From assembly GCF_964194155.1 (NCBI RefSeq), contig NC_135898.1, positions 77,934,001 to 77,998,000 on the forward strand: DNA of 64,000 nt, in the 5' to 3' direction. This document shows, in pieces, positions 23,331-36,041 of the stretch (the first letter of the stretch is position 1; every line of letters starts with the position of its first letter). The stretch comes from Cetorhinus maximus. Lineage: Eukaryota. Made by a program: the position numbers and the translations under genes. Below the pieces are notes generated by a model. That model was given only the letters and a program-made list of their open reading frames with translations, was not told where the DNA came from and made no database searches.

Positions 23331-24709
23331 ATAACTATTAAAAACTTGGTCAGCCTTTCAAAGCAGTGATCTAGTTCCATTATTCAACTTTGTACAATTC
23401 CTTTGGAATTGAAGCCTTCCATTTTTAATCTAAGAATGAATAAATTCATTTCAGTTTTGATAAAGGCAGAGGATAGGGGGAAGGTGCCATTGCGCTTGCT
23501 AATCAGCAGCAGTGAGTGAACAGTACAGAGGTCACTTTAAACATCATTGCTTATTTTAAGATCAGAAGATTTTAAAAAAGTATCCTTCCGAATCAACACA
23601 TGCGAAGTGTTCATTCCATGGGAAGGGTGCCAATTCTAATATTTCTGTTCTATGCCACCCACATTCTGTCCAACACTAACTCTAATTTGCCAATCAGCCC
23701 ATTTCTCGCCCACATCCGTTGGTTCCCTCTCTTCCTACTGCACAGAACTCAAATTCTTCATTTTCAAGTCTTTCTATGGCCTCGCCAACCTCCTCCACCA
23801 GTATGTTCATTCTTCCTCCTCTCTCTTCAATCATTGACAGAGCTGCCTGCCATCTCAGCTTTATTCTCTAGCAGCTTAGAAGTGTTTAAGAAGCGAGTTC
23901 CAAACTCACTTCCTTTAAATGTCTCCTCAAAACTCCCCTCTCCAATTGTGCTCTCAGCCATCTCCCCTAAAGCAGCTGTTATTGTCTCCCATGCAATTAT
24001 TCATCAGATCAGCCTGGAACAGGGTTATGGGGAGAAGGCAGGGAGAATGGCATTAAGTAAATTGCTCAGGTGGAGTAGCAGGGCAGACACAACGGGGCTG
24101 AATGGCCTTCTCCGCTGTAAAAATTGAGATTTGGTGATGAACTCTGATTCTGTACATGCTAAATATATGGGATAAATACTCAAAAATCTCTTATTCTACA
24201 GTGTCTGGTGTGGTTTGCTGCCACCAGTTGACAGTGCGCTGGCATAAACAGAATGGTTTCAAGTTACAGTTTAACCATATGTACTGCTCATAGTAAAAAT
24301 TGATTATTAAACATGTGGTCAGCAAATGCCTCCTTCTGGGCAGAAGAGTTAGTGCAGTAGCAAGAGGAGCAAGAATATATTTCTCAAACCGGGAGAAGCA
24401 TGATGAGTATTTGGCCATGTTGAGGATCTAACTGACAACCTGCTTTTGTTCGTGAATTTGGGGGCGGCGGGGGGGGGGGGGGGGGGGGGAAAGAGATGGA
24501 TGAAGAGGAATCCATGGAAGAAGATTAAGCAGAGTAAATATCAGAGTACAGAGCTATAATAATGGCCGGTAAGAGTGGCTAAAGATGCACAGGAAAATGA
24601 AATATTCCAACAGTTTCTGTTCAGTCAATTATTTTTCTAGTTTACACCACATGACTGAAGCATGAAAGCTATCGAAGTCAAGAAATATTTAGATTAAAAC
24701 ATTTCTGAC

Positions 24710-24873
24710 CTTTTTTCGGGATCAACAAACCAGTCGCCTTCCCATTCCCAGCCTCGTGGGGGCATGAAGTTTTCCTTCTTCAGTTTTATTTTACCAGTTA
24801 CATCAGAAAACTTGTGGCGACCCACAAGCCCACTAGTGCCCCATTTGCCCAGTAGCTGTGCTTGATTTTCATA
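24710..24873 (-). CDS. MYOF: MYOF exon ~26 (outer DysF N-part), [27 protein letters not shown]...[14 protein letters not shown](S)
   Basis: 164 nt, phase 0 to 2. Confidence 0.95.
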
Positions 24874-26114
24874 CTGCGTACAAAAGATAGATGAACAGGC
24901 ATAAAAAGTGGATAACAGATGACTAAATACTTGTCCCTAATTTGAGATAATTGTCAAGGGTAAGTTTAAAATGTGCATTATGGAGGAGAGAAATTATTCC
25001 TCAAACATAACAAGAGCTATGCAAATCATTTTGAGAATGGCAAACAGTGTCTGGTTAGGCACAAAACTATTAAATAAAATGCATCTTACAACAGGTAATG
25101 GTGGACTCCAATTTGTCCTGGTGCACTAAATGTGGCTAGTGACCAGAAGGTTTATTTAAAAAAGTATTATTTTAATAAGTACATACTAAAAATATTGAGC
25201 TAAAAAAATATAAAAATATCATTCTAGCCGCTCCAAGCTTCAGCCAATGGGGCACCTGGCTTAATAGCACCACAAAGGCCATTATTAAATGCATCTTCTG
25301 AATTGCTTGCCCTTACTGAAGGAAATGACATGAACACTGCTCATGACAGCAGGGCTAAAAACAGAACTGTGGGCCTGAACATGAGGGAGCAAACATACTG
25401 GGTGTGGTAACTGGATGTACAGTCATTCCCTCATGTGATGTGCAGTGGGGGCTCCCACCAGTGAGCTCAGAGTGGACAATCCGCAGGGCAGGGCTTTTCC
25501 AACTCTGATCGAGTGTGCAAGCACCGAAAATGTCTAATAGAATTTAACTGTTTCTTGACAAAACCAGTCTGCTCCATATCATCATCACACTGGGTGTGGC
25601 AGTATACCGAACACTTGAATTAAAACGCAGACACAGTAAACCCTCACTTAAAACTGTGTTTACATTCCCGAAAATCATGACTTTAAGTGAATCACAGGTT
25701 CCCACAGGAATCAATGTTTAAAGCCAGAGAAGGATTCCTTCGACATTTCTCACCAGGAAAAAAAAAAGTACAAATTGAAATACTCCAATATGCATGTGCT
25801 GCACTGTGCATTTCTGGCTGAAATGCCTTGCAAAATAAAATACATTAAATGTAAAAGAAACACAATACATAAAGAATAATAAAATACATTCACCCTACTC
25901 TACAGTACTTTGAGTGACTAGGTTCCATCTAGTGATAGATGTTGGTCACTGCAGTTATCGGCTGGAGTCCCAGAACTACCTGCACTGGGCAATTTCTGCC
26001 AGTGGATGGAGCCAAGGTCTTCAGTGGGAGCTCAGCATCAGCAAAACCAGGAGCAGGGGTAGCAGCAGAGTGAGCAGCCAGGAGACGAAGAACAGACCCG
26101 AGGGCCCAGAGCCG

Positions 26115-28563
26115 AGGGGAGGACTGACTAAGATTAATTGGGTAAGCAGTCTAAAAAAGGTATCGAGGTAAATGAACAGTGAGAACATTCAAAATGTTCA
26201 ACAACAATACCTTCCATTGAAAAACAAAAACTCAGCAAGACTGACCTGTGGCTCACTCAGGAAGTTAAGGATAGTATTAGATTAAAAGAAAAGGCTAACA
26301 ATGCTGCAAACAAAAAGGTAACAAGTCTGAGGATTGGTCGTGTTTTAGAAAACGGCAGGCGGCCATCACGAAGATAATAAAAGGGAAAAATTAGAATGAG
26401 GGTAAACCAGCCAGAAATATAAAAAAACATAAGAGCCTTTATAGGTATATAAAAAGGAAGAAAAGAGTAGCTGAAGTAAATGTTGGCCCGTTAGAATCAG
26501 CGACAGGAAAAATTATGAAGAATGAGAAAATAGCAGACGGACTGACATTTTGTCTGTCTTCACAGTAGGCGACAAGTTTCAGACCAGAGATAGAGAGTAA
26601 CCTAGGGGCTAAAGGAGTGAGGATATTGCTTACTCTCAGCAAAGTACTGGAGAAACTCAAGGGACTAAAATCCAATAAATCTCCAGGACTTGATGGCCTA
26701 CACCCTACGGTGCTAAAAGAGATAGCAGCAGAGATAATGGATGTGCTAGCTATGATTTTACAAAATTCATTAGAAGATTCAGGAAGGATCCCACTAGCTT
26801 GGAAGTTGGCAATTTTTACACTGCTTTTCAAGGAAGAAAAACAGTGAACTTCAGGCCAGTCAACCTAACATCAGTTGTTGGAAAAATGCTGGAATCCATT
26901 ATTAAGGAAGTCTTAACAATGTACTTAGAAAAACATAGTACAATTAGAACAAGTCAACATGGAAATCCTGTTTGACAAATTTATTATAGTTTTTTGATGA
27001 TGTAACTAATATGGTAAATAAAGGGGAACCAGTAGATGTCATATCTGGATTTCCAAAAGGCATTTGATAAGGTGTCACACAAAAGGTTAGACAAAATATG
27101 GGCTCATCATGTTGGGGGTTTATTTTAACATGGATAGAGAATTGATTAACAGGTAGGAAGCAGAGGGTGGGCATAAACAGGATTTTTTTCAAGTTGGCAG
27201 GCATTGTACAGTGGAGCGCCACAAGGATCAGTGCAGGGGCCTCAGCTATTTACAATCTATATTAATGACATGGATGAAGAGATGAGTAAGGTATCAAAGT
27301 TTGCTGATGATACAAAGCTGGGTGAGAAGGTAAGTTGTGGGGAGGGCACAAAGAGGATTCAAAGAGAAATAGACAGGTTACGTAAGTGGGCAGAAGATGG
27401 CAGATGGAGTATTTTCTTTTTATTATTTGTTCATGGGATATGGGCTTCACTGGCTAGGCCAGCATTTATTGCCTATCCAGAATTGCCCTTGTTCAGGGAG
27501 CATTTTAAGAGTCAACCACATTGTTGTGGGTTTGGAGTCACATGTAGGCCAGACCAGGCAAGGATGGCAGATTTCTTTCCCTAAAAGGACATTAGTGAAC
27601 CAGAAGGGTTTTTAACAACAGTTGACAATGGTTTCATAGTCAGACTTGTAACTCCAGATTTTTACTGAACTCAAATTTCACCGCCTGTTGTGGTGCGATT
27701 TGAACCCAGGTTCCCAGAGCATTATCCTGGGCCTCTGGATTACTAGTCCAGTGATAATAACACTATGCCACCACACAGGGATGTGTGAAATTATTTGCTT
27801 TGGTCACAAGAATTGGAAAGCAGATTATTTTTTGAAAAGCTTGTATGTGTTGATATTCCGAGATACTTGGGAGTGCTCATACAAAGAATGCAGAATGTTA
27901 GTATGAAGGTGCAGGAAGCAATTAGGAAGGCAAATTGCATGTTGGCTTTATTGCAACAGGAGAGAAGGACAACAGAAGTCTTGCTACAATTGTACAAGGT
28001 TTTGGTGAGACCACATCTAAAATAGTGTGTGCAGTTTTGGTCTCCACATTTAAGAAAGGATATATAGGAGGCGGTACAGCAAATGTTCAATAAATTGGCC
28101 CCTGGGATGAGAGGGTTGTCCTATGAAGAGAGGCTGGAGTAAATTTGGTTTATATTCTCTGGGAGTTTAGAAGAGTGAGAGGTGATCTCATGGAAACCTA
28201 CAAAATTCTGAAAAGGCTTGATTGGGTAGACGTTGAGAGATTGTTTCTACTGGTTGGGGTGTCTAAAACACAGGGGCACAGTCTCAGGATAAGGGGCCGA
28301 TCATTTAGGACCGAGATGAGAAGAAATTACTTCAGCCAAAAGGCTGTGTATCTTTGGAAGTCTCTACCTCAGGATTGTGGATGTTCCATCATTGAATACA
28401 TTTATGACAGTTGAATACGTTGAATACAGGCTGGGATAGACTGACTTTGGTCTCTCGGGGAAATCAAAGGATATGAGGAACATGGAGTCGAAGCCAAAGA
28501 TCAGCCATGATTGTATTGAATGGCTTGACAGGCCATATGGTCTACTCCAGCTCCTATTTCTTG
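26115..28563 (+). mobile_element. CR1 LINE, about 2.1 kb frameshifted ORF2 remnant with a nested SINE
   Basis: KSPGLDGLHPTVLKE, GAPQGSVQGPQLFTIYINDM, KFADDTKLG, LYKVLVRPHL, RGDLMETYKI. Confidence 0.92.
27411..27774 (-). mobile_element. HE1-like SINE nested in the CR1
   Basis: Reverse complement of 17557-17886; interrupts the CR1 RT region. Confidence 0.88.
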
Positions 28564-29147
28564 TGCTCGAGGCCTGGAAGCAAGGGCAGGAGTGGGGAGG
28601 AGAGGCACTGAAGTGGGAGCAGAAGTGCTGGGTGAAAGGTTGTGTGTGTAGGCAGGCCACAGAAGAGGAAGGCTGTGGCAAATAACATTAAATTGAAACT
28701 GGCAACAGTAAACGGCTATACTGACACTACTTCATTAACGAAGCTAAAGCAAAACAACGAAGGGAGGTGACGATAAGCAAGAACTAGCTGGACAGTACAT
28801 CTTCAGCAGGACCAAGCTCAGACTGCTTGATGAGCTAAGTGATGAGGAATGTGAAATGCCATTAATGTTCAAATGTAAACCAGAAAACAGTTTTCTTTGC
28901 TACCCAACCCGCTCAAATTCAGCGCAATTCCTAATTGGATGAAGGGACTATATTATAGTGGCAGAGAATTTAGTTACCTAGCATGTGCTAAAGTTCTGGA
29001 ATCCTGTCTGTTGATGAGAAAAGTCACATGCCACAGATATACAGAGCTATGTACAGGTATTTTTATTCTACATTTAGGGTCCTGTCTGCATCTCTCTGCA
29101 TTAACTCAGCGCCACGAAATTTAAGAAAAACAAACATGCTGACTTAC

Positions 29148-29279
29148 CAATTCAGAAAATACACTGAAGTTTCCTTCAGAAAAACTGTTGAATTTGCTCT
29201 CCACAGCAGAAAGGCCGAGCCAAAAGCGAACACGTAACTGAATTGGAATTTTGGAATTTTTCTTTTTGCCTGCCACATA
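29148..29279 (-). CDS. MYOF: MYOF exon ~25, YVAGKKKNSKIPIQLRVRFWLGLSAVESKFNSFSEGNFSVFSEL
   Basis: 132 nt, phase 0 to 0, donor gtaagt. Confidence 0.93.
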
Positions 29280-30601
29280 CTAGGTGAAAGAACAGAGGTG
29301 AGGGATTTAGACCGTTTGAATATTTTCAATGAAAATAACACATTTTGAATCACCAACATACCATTCTGCAATCTCCAAATTAATCAAACCAATCTTCAAA
29401 AACCCTCCCTCTAACCGAGACTGTGTTTACGGTCATGACCGACGCGGATCCGGTTTGAAAGTTGCTTGCAGAACCCCTTAATTTGTCAGGGTTTGGGAAG
29501 GGGATGGGACAATAGGGAACTAGAAAGCAACATAAAATTGACTGTTTCAGCTAACAAGATTCATCCAGTGACTTTTGTTGGAAAGTTTTTAAATGTGTGG
29601 ATGTTGGGCAAGAACAGGATTGACTTGGTGGCAATGTCCCTCGGTGTGTAATAACCTGCAGACACTCCTGATTTAACAAGCAGCCACTCGGTTCAGGAGC
29701 TGTCAGACATCTGTGGAATTGGTTCCAGTACAAGTCATTGGGGGAAAAATAAAGGAGGCGTATGGAACTGGGCCCAGCACAAACATCACAACTGGAATTT
29801 CCATCAAGTTCTCCCAATTTCCGAACATAACTTCAGCAAGAGATCGGTGGAAATGCTGGAAAAACAGCTTTAATGATCATTCACACCATTTTTAACAATG
29901 TGTTTACTTCAATCATGGCAAGAAAGCAAGACAACTTTTCTGAAATTCTAATCCATTGTCTTCAGGTGCAAACTGCAAGGGGTGTATAATTTCGAAGGCT
30001 CTATGCAAAAGCAACTAGAATATTTTGACCTCAATAACCAAGTGTTGTTTTTAGTAAAGACACTTATTTATCATTGTATGTTAATTGAGCTAAAACATTT
30101 GGGTTTTAACAGTTGCTATGTGGCAATTTTCTTCTGCACTATTTAGTGTCACAATGGGAACAGATACCCAACTAATATGGATCGTCTCTGCATGGACTGT
30201 AAGCAAAACAATGTACAACTTACCACAAAAGAATCCAATTGTTGAAATTTATTTGGTTCCTAACATAAGTTACTCGTATTTATTTCTTTAAAACCAAATT
30301 GACTAACAGCAGGTAACAAGTTAATCCAGTTGTGAAGTTTAAACACATGTCCAATAAAAGATACAACAAGAGCAAGAGTTAGAAAGCAAGTTAAAACATT
30401 AACCCCAGCACCAAGACAACAAAATCAAAGAAAATGTTTGGTGCCCATTATTTCAGTACAAATTATGTATATAGGACAAAAGGAACATACATAATACCAG
30501 AGCGATGTTTCTAGAATGCTTTGCAAAACAAAAAAGCAATTTTTTTTGCATTCTTTAAATAAAGAGCTCTCATTAATGCCAAGTGCCAAACTCAACTCTA
30601 C

Positions 30602-30757
30602 CTTCAAGAATATGGTTCGTGTCTTTCCACAGTATTTGCCGCAGGATTCTTCGCTGGTAGTTGAGTAAAGCACCTCATAGGCTGGGATTCGTGCATATGC
30701 AACTCGTTTTTCATCACATATCATCCATATGATCACATCAGGCATGCTATTTTGTGG
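30602..30757 (-). CDS. MYOF: MYOF exon ~24 (FerB), PQNSMPDVIIWMI...CGKYCGKTRTIFLK
   Basis: 156 nt, phase 0 to 0. Confidence 0.95.
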
Positions 30758-32234
30758 CTGTTAGCACAAAACAAAGCTTTACCATACTAAACAGGATCTC
30801 GCCGACTAACTGAACCATACATACAAAAACACTCACCTTGCAAATTCAGGCTTTGCCTGATGAGTTAGAGGATGAACATACTTCAAAGTCTATAACAACC
30901 TGTACTGTACCAAGGACCAAATTCAAACCCTGGCCTGTGCTCAGTAAGCAGTCAGTTGGGAGAGTGATTGGAGAGTCTACTATTGCCCAGTGTTACTTGG
31001 ATTAAGGGCAAAAAGAAATAAAATCAGCCAAGTCAAAGTATTCACGTATGGATGTTAAAGGCAGAAGAATGAAGCATGGTTGTGATACATTCTGGCAGTC
31101 AAGTAATGGGATTGTACTCTTCATCATGAAGAATGACTATTTGCGAGGGTAGTCAACCTCTGAAACTATTCAGGAGGTGGGGGTCATTCACCCATTTTAA
31201 TCACACATGCTATGACTTTTCTTTACGCTGTTTGGTTTCAATCTTGCATACAGGATAATTTTTTTCAAAAACCACTTCCAATATATTCATGGCATGTAAT
31301 CTCTAGTGTACAGTTACACTACATATCTGGAGTATAATTACACAATAGCAGTGAAGCAGTTTCAAGCCAGAGTCAGGATTTAACTTGGAGTAAAATGGAG
31401 CAACACTGCATGAAGAAGGTAATCTAGTGCTCCACTGCTTGACAGCAACATGACTGTTACAATATAAATGCATCCTACAATAATCGTATCAATTATAGGT
31501 GCAAAAATCCACAGCAGAGAAAAAAACTGAAACGTGCAGGCAAGATAAGTGCGTGCCCCTAATGTAATTTTATTTCAGTTGAGTTGTTTCAATGAAAAAG
31601 ACTAGTGTTCAAAACCTAAAGGTAATGGATTTTGAATCTCATCTGTTAACAATCTCCTGTTTTCAGGTGCCTTTCACAGTACATCAACTTTTTTAAAAGG
31701 GAATTAAAAAAAAAACCTTTCAAATCCTATAAAGTATTAGTTTCAACTCTTTCAAACCCTCCATTATCTCAGACTTATCACAATTCTTGTCCAGCGGTCA
31801 GTGCTAGATACACAGCAATTTTCTCCAACTTTTGGTCCCCTATGAATCCCCCAAGGTAAATTGCTTGACCATTGGTTGCCATGCCTTCAGCTTATTTATT
31901 AATGTCCAATGTCTCCAAAATCTGTGGAATTCCCTCCCTAAAATTCTCACCTTTTGAGACACTCCTTAAAACTGCTGATCTTAATCTCAACCACCTGTCC
32001 TACTGTCTCTCCATATAGCTCAGTGTCAAATTTTATTTTCTAATGCTTGTGAAGCACCTTGGAATGTTTAAATATATGTTAAATGTGTTATATAAATACT
32101 ACCGTTCTTTTAGTTATCAATAAGTATAGATATTACTCAGAAAGTCAAAGTTTCTGTTAAATGACTGGATTATAAAATGATCATGCTCATGTAGATATGC
32201 AGGTGAAAGAACAGGCAAGATTTTCACCACAAAC

Positions 32235-32427
32235 CTCTTCAGCCAATGATTTAAGTCTCTCTAGCCAATCTTCAATATCATCGATTGTGTCTTTTGGATC
32301 CTCCGCCTCCATGCGTGTGCGCTTTGCCGATTCAAGAATACTTTCCAGAGTGTTTTTGCGAAGCTTTAGGATTTGCAGGTCAAGCTGAGTTACGTTAGAT
32401 TTGCCTTCTAACTTTGGCAGAGGTTGG
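32235..32427 (-). CDS. MYOF: MYOF exon ~23 (FerA), (S)QPLPKLEGKSNVTQLD...IEDWLERLKSLAEE
   Basis: 193 nt, phase 2 to 0; inside track ORF 32187..32450. Confidence 0.94.
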
Positions 32428-33417
32428 CTGAAATCAGAAGGCAGATTCAAGTAAAGGGCTTACAGCAGAGGGAACACACACCTCAAAACAAGAAACTGGT
32501 TCGGTAAGAGTTAATCGGAATTTAAAAAGTAGTGGAGAAGGAATCGAGAATTATGTATTCAGTGAAAAATAAAGGTAACAATCCTATTCCAATAAATGCA
32601 CCGTCATTATCACTAGCAGCTAAACTAAAGAAACCCATTTGTATATTCATAAACTATATATCCCCCCAATAAACAATATCAACCAAGGTTTTTGAACACA
32701 GGAAATAGGTTTTATAAAATCTACACTTTGCTTTTTAGTACAGAATAGAATTTCTCCAAGTCTTTCCTTACTCTCAACAACTCAAAAGGGTCAAGTCTGA
32801 GCGATGTCTATGCTGATTAGATATTTTCAACATCAGTTGAAAGAATGCTATCTTATTTATTAATGTCCAATGTCTGAATTGTAACACAATTACCGATGCT
32901 GTAAACATTAAAGTGACAGATTGGGCAAAATTAACCTTTTGAATTCAAGGTTTTCACTGTTGTGCAACCAGGCAGAAGATGGGACATTTCATCTCAGGAC
33001 ATTAGAGTGTCTCCTGTTGGATTATAATGCACCAACATTTACAACATCTATTGAGAAACATGTAACCAGCTGTGACTCAACTACCCAGTATTTATTAATT
33101 CTCAGAAGGTGGCCAACACCAGCAAGGCTACACATGTGTAGTTACTTTCCCCCATCCTTCACTTCTTATTTCAGAAGGATTGTTTTTTTTCAATGAATTG
33201 TTTCATTAAGAGTTAACCAGCGAGCATTTGGACTTGACCATTAGTTAACATTTGCTCATGGAAAAAAAACCAACACTTTCACAGTCATTTTTTGTCAGCC
33301 AAAAGCTTAATAGATATATTTAAGTCAGTTTCACACTTTGCCACTAAAGGGTACCTGAACACAATCTTTGGATTGCTAGTTCAGTAGCATAGCTACTGCA
33401 CCATCCTATCCAATTGT

Positions 33418-33947
33418 ATATCCCTGAAAAGAGAGACAAGTTGCGGAAGTTTTTTTGTCTTGCACTCAAGACAAAATGTAAGAATGCCAAATTTCAAACA
33501 ATCATAACAATTTATACTACAGGAGGAAAAGGGTGCTGATTAGTTGACAAGTTGAATCTGGTTGGCGGAGGCATTGCCCTGGGGTAAGCAACAGGGAATG
33601 ATAAGCTCCCAGATAATTAAAAAAAAAAGACACAAGGCTTGAACATATCCCTTTTGTTTGCAGAGAATGAGTGCCTGTGCATGAATGGATGTCACTTTGA
33701 GCAAGCGTAAACGAGCCATCTTATGACCGTGACTGATTATCTTAAATTGGTAATCCCATAGCAATGCCTTGGCCGGAGTCAACCTGCCAATTAATCAGCA
33801 ACCTTTTCTCCTGTTGCACAAATTATTGTAATCATTTGAAATTTGGTATTCTTGCATTTGTCCTGATGAGTGCAACGTGAAAAGCTTTGACAACATCTCT
33901 CTCTTCTCAGCAATTTCAAGTTCTGTACTACTAAGCGACTATTTATT
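33418..33947. mobile_element. Penelope-like insertion, family B: inverted terminal arms around a GIY-YIG tail remnant
   Basis: Arms 33424-33580 and 33755-33911 are inverted copies; ORF FKIISHGHKMARLRLL...LCKQKGYVQAL; tccaattgt repeated at 33409 and 33948 (possible TSD). Confidence 0.8.
33858..33893 (+). ncRNA. Minimal type I hammerhead ribozyme motif
   Basis: TTGTC-CTGATGA-GTGCAACGT-GAAA-AGCTTT-GACAA: 5-bp stem I, both core boxes, palindromic AAGCTT stem III; stem II weak and cleavage triplet UUU. Confidence 0.62.
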
Positions 33948-34086
33948 TCCAATTGTGCTGGGAGCATAGCAGCAATGTGAGGTAATTAAAAGGTTCTCTC
34001 CATTCATAAAAGTCAAATTGCACCAACTTTCCATCAGGAGACTGTCCAGCAACCTAGAGGTACCTTGTCCAGGAGAAAGGTTTGTG

Positions 34087-34350
34087 ATTTCTTTATTTCT
34101 TCTTTCACAGGATGTGGGCATCTGGGGCAAGGTAGTCTTTGTTGCCCATTCCTAATTACCCTTGAACTGAATGGCTTGCTAGGCCATTTCAGAGGGCAGT
34201 TAAGAGTCAACCACATTGCTGTGGGTCTCAATTCCACCAGCTGCTGCGGTGGGATTTGAACTGGTGTTCCCAGAACATTAGCCTGGATCTGGGTTACTAG
34301 TCCAGTGAAATTACCACCACCACCACCACCACCACCACCACCATCTCTCC
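34087..34350 (-). mobile_element. HE1-like SINE, internally deleted, with a (CAC)10 expansion in its head
   Basis: gggatttgaac (B box, reversed), tactagtccagtga and the shared tail; ends about 35 nt from the exon ~22 donor. Confidence 0.8.
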
Positions 34351-34385
34351 TTAGGTAAACTTGGAGAGGTCTTTTTTTTTTTTAC

Positions 34386-34492
34386 CTGCAGTCTTCTATG
34401 ATTTGCTCAATAATTTTCAACCACAATTCAGCCAGGCGCTCCTCACTAACTTTGGCCTGAACAGCAGTCCTCAGCACCGTTAAATTCTTTTC
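34386..34492 (-). CDS. MYOF: MYOF exon ~22 (FerA), EKNLTVLRTAVQAKVSEERLAELWLKIIEQIIEDC(S)
   Basis: 107 nt, phase 0 to 2. Confidence 0.92.
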
Positions 34493-34646
34493 CTGAAAGG
34501 AGGGAACAAAATTTTTTTTAAAATTGAATTTTATTTTTAGTTTTCCCATGAGCAAAGCTCCAGTGAAATGCCAGCTGCAAACATCGTTGTTTTATGCTGT
34601 GCTTATGTTGGTGAACTGCCTCCTGAAGCAGTGCTTCAATAATGAC

Positions 34647-35021
34647 AAAAATAAAAATATCTGGAAAAACTCATCAGGTCTGGCAGCACCTGCGGAGAGG
34701 AACACAGTTAACGTTTCGAGTCCGAATGACCCTTCAACAGAACAAAGTAAAGATAGAAGAGAGGTGAAATATAAGCTGGTTTAAGGGGGGGGGGGGGGGG
34801 GGGGGACACCCCTCTATCCAGCTCTTCTTGTCCCACCCCCCCACCTTAAACCAGCTTATATTTCACCTCTCTTCTATCTTTACTTAGTTCTGTTGAAGGG
34901 TCATTCGGACTCAAAACGTTAACTGTGTTCCTCTCAGCAGATGCTGCCAGACCTGCTGAGTTTTTCCAGGTATTTTTGTTTTTGTTTTGGATTTCCAGCA
35001 TCCGCAGTTTTTTGCTTTTAT
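34647..35021. mobile_element. Young palindromic Penelope-like insertion, family A
   Basis: About 145-bp near-perfect inverted arms; exact 13-bp TSD cttcaataatgac at 34634-34646 and 35022-35034. Confidence 0.82.
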
Positions 35022-35916
35022 CTTCAATAATGACCCTCTCATTTTTACTGCAGTAACTTTTAAATCATAGGCGGTTAATAATGGATCGATTTACAAACAC
35101 TGCTGCACATGTGAAAGTGTTTGCACATTGATTTTAAAATCAGAGGCACAGCATTTAACTGTGCATGGTGCTTTCACCAGGTAGGTCAGTACATCAGTCA
35201 CTACAGATCTCCTTCACTGCCCTAAGCAGAGCTAAGGCTTACCGGAATCATTTAACCTACCAGCAGCATCTTTTGACCACCTCCATCTCTATTAGCAAAC
35301 TGTTTTCCTATGATGGTCAGCCATCTCACTGATGCATGTGGTCTATAGCAGTAACAGAACAACATTTGAAGTTGCCTGCTGACTTTGTGGGCAATGTCAA
35401 ATGATATATTGGATATGAATGCAACTATTACACATGCTAATCAGGTCACCAACCACTCAAATTCTTTTCTTTCTTGAGTCAAGCAAAATACAAAAGGAGC
35501 CAAGCAAATATTACAGTCATTTTGCTGTGATCTTGAAGGAAATGAATGACATACCCAGTCAAAATTGAAAGGACTGGTGCAGAGTGGCACATCCCACAGG
35601 TGGGCAGACTGACAAGTTTAGAAGCAGAACAAATATGCAAGGGGAAAACAAGATGATAGTTACTTCCAATTAACCAGGGGTGGCTGGAGACTTTGTTGAA
35701 ATTAAAAGATGCAAGACACAACGTCTGCTGCACTTTTGATTTGTTTGACTGAAACAGTAACTTAAATGGTCGTGTTTTTAATTTTTTCATTTATGTGCAA
35801 GAGGAGACGATGTTAGCCAGCAGAGAAAGCCACCAGGAACTGCTTGCAATCTATTTCACACAAAGCAAAATAAAATCAAGAAAGAGACGGGTGGAAAGAA
35901 AATGAGAAATGCTTAC

Positions 35917-36041
35917 CATTCTGTGGACAATTTTTAAGATGATGTTCACTACATCCAATCTGTGACTGATGTCTTCCCAGTAGGAAGTCAGTGTCACAAC
36001 AGGCTTTGTGTTGGCCCAAGGTAGATAATAGTAATAGTTAC
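35917..36041 (-). CDS. MYOF: MYOF exon ~21, (G)[41 protein letters not shown]
   Basis: 125 nt, phase 1 to 0. Confidence 0.95.

Noticed and set aside
23600-24127. 175-aa plus-strand ORF
   Set aside because: Low-complexity Leu/Ser/Pro reading through decayed LINE tails.
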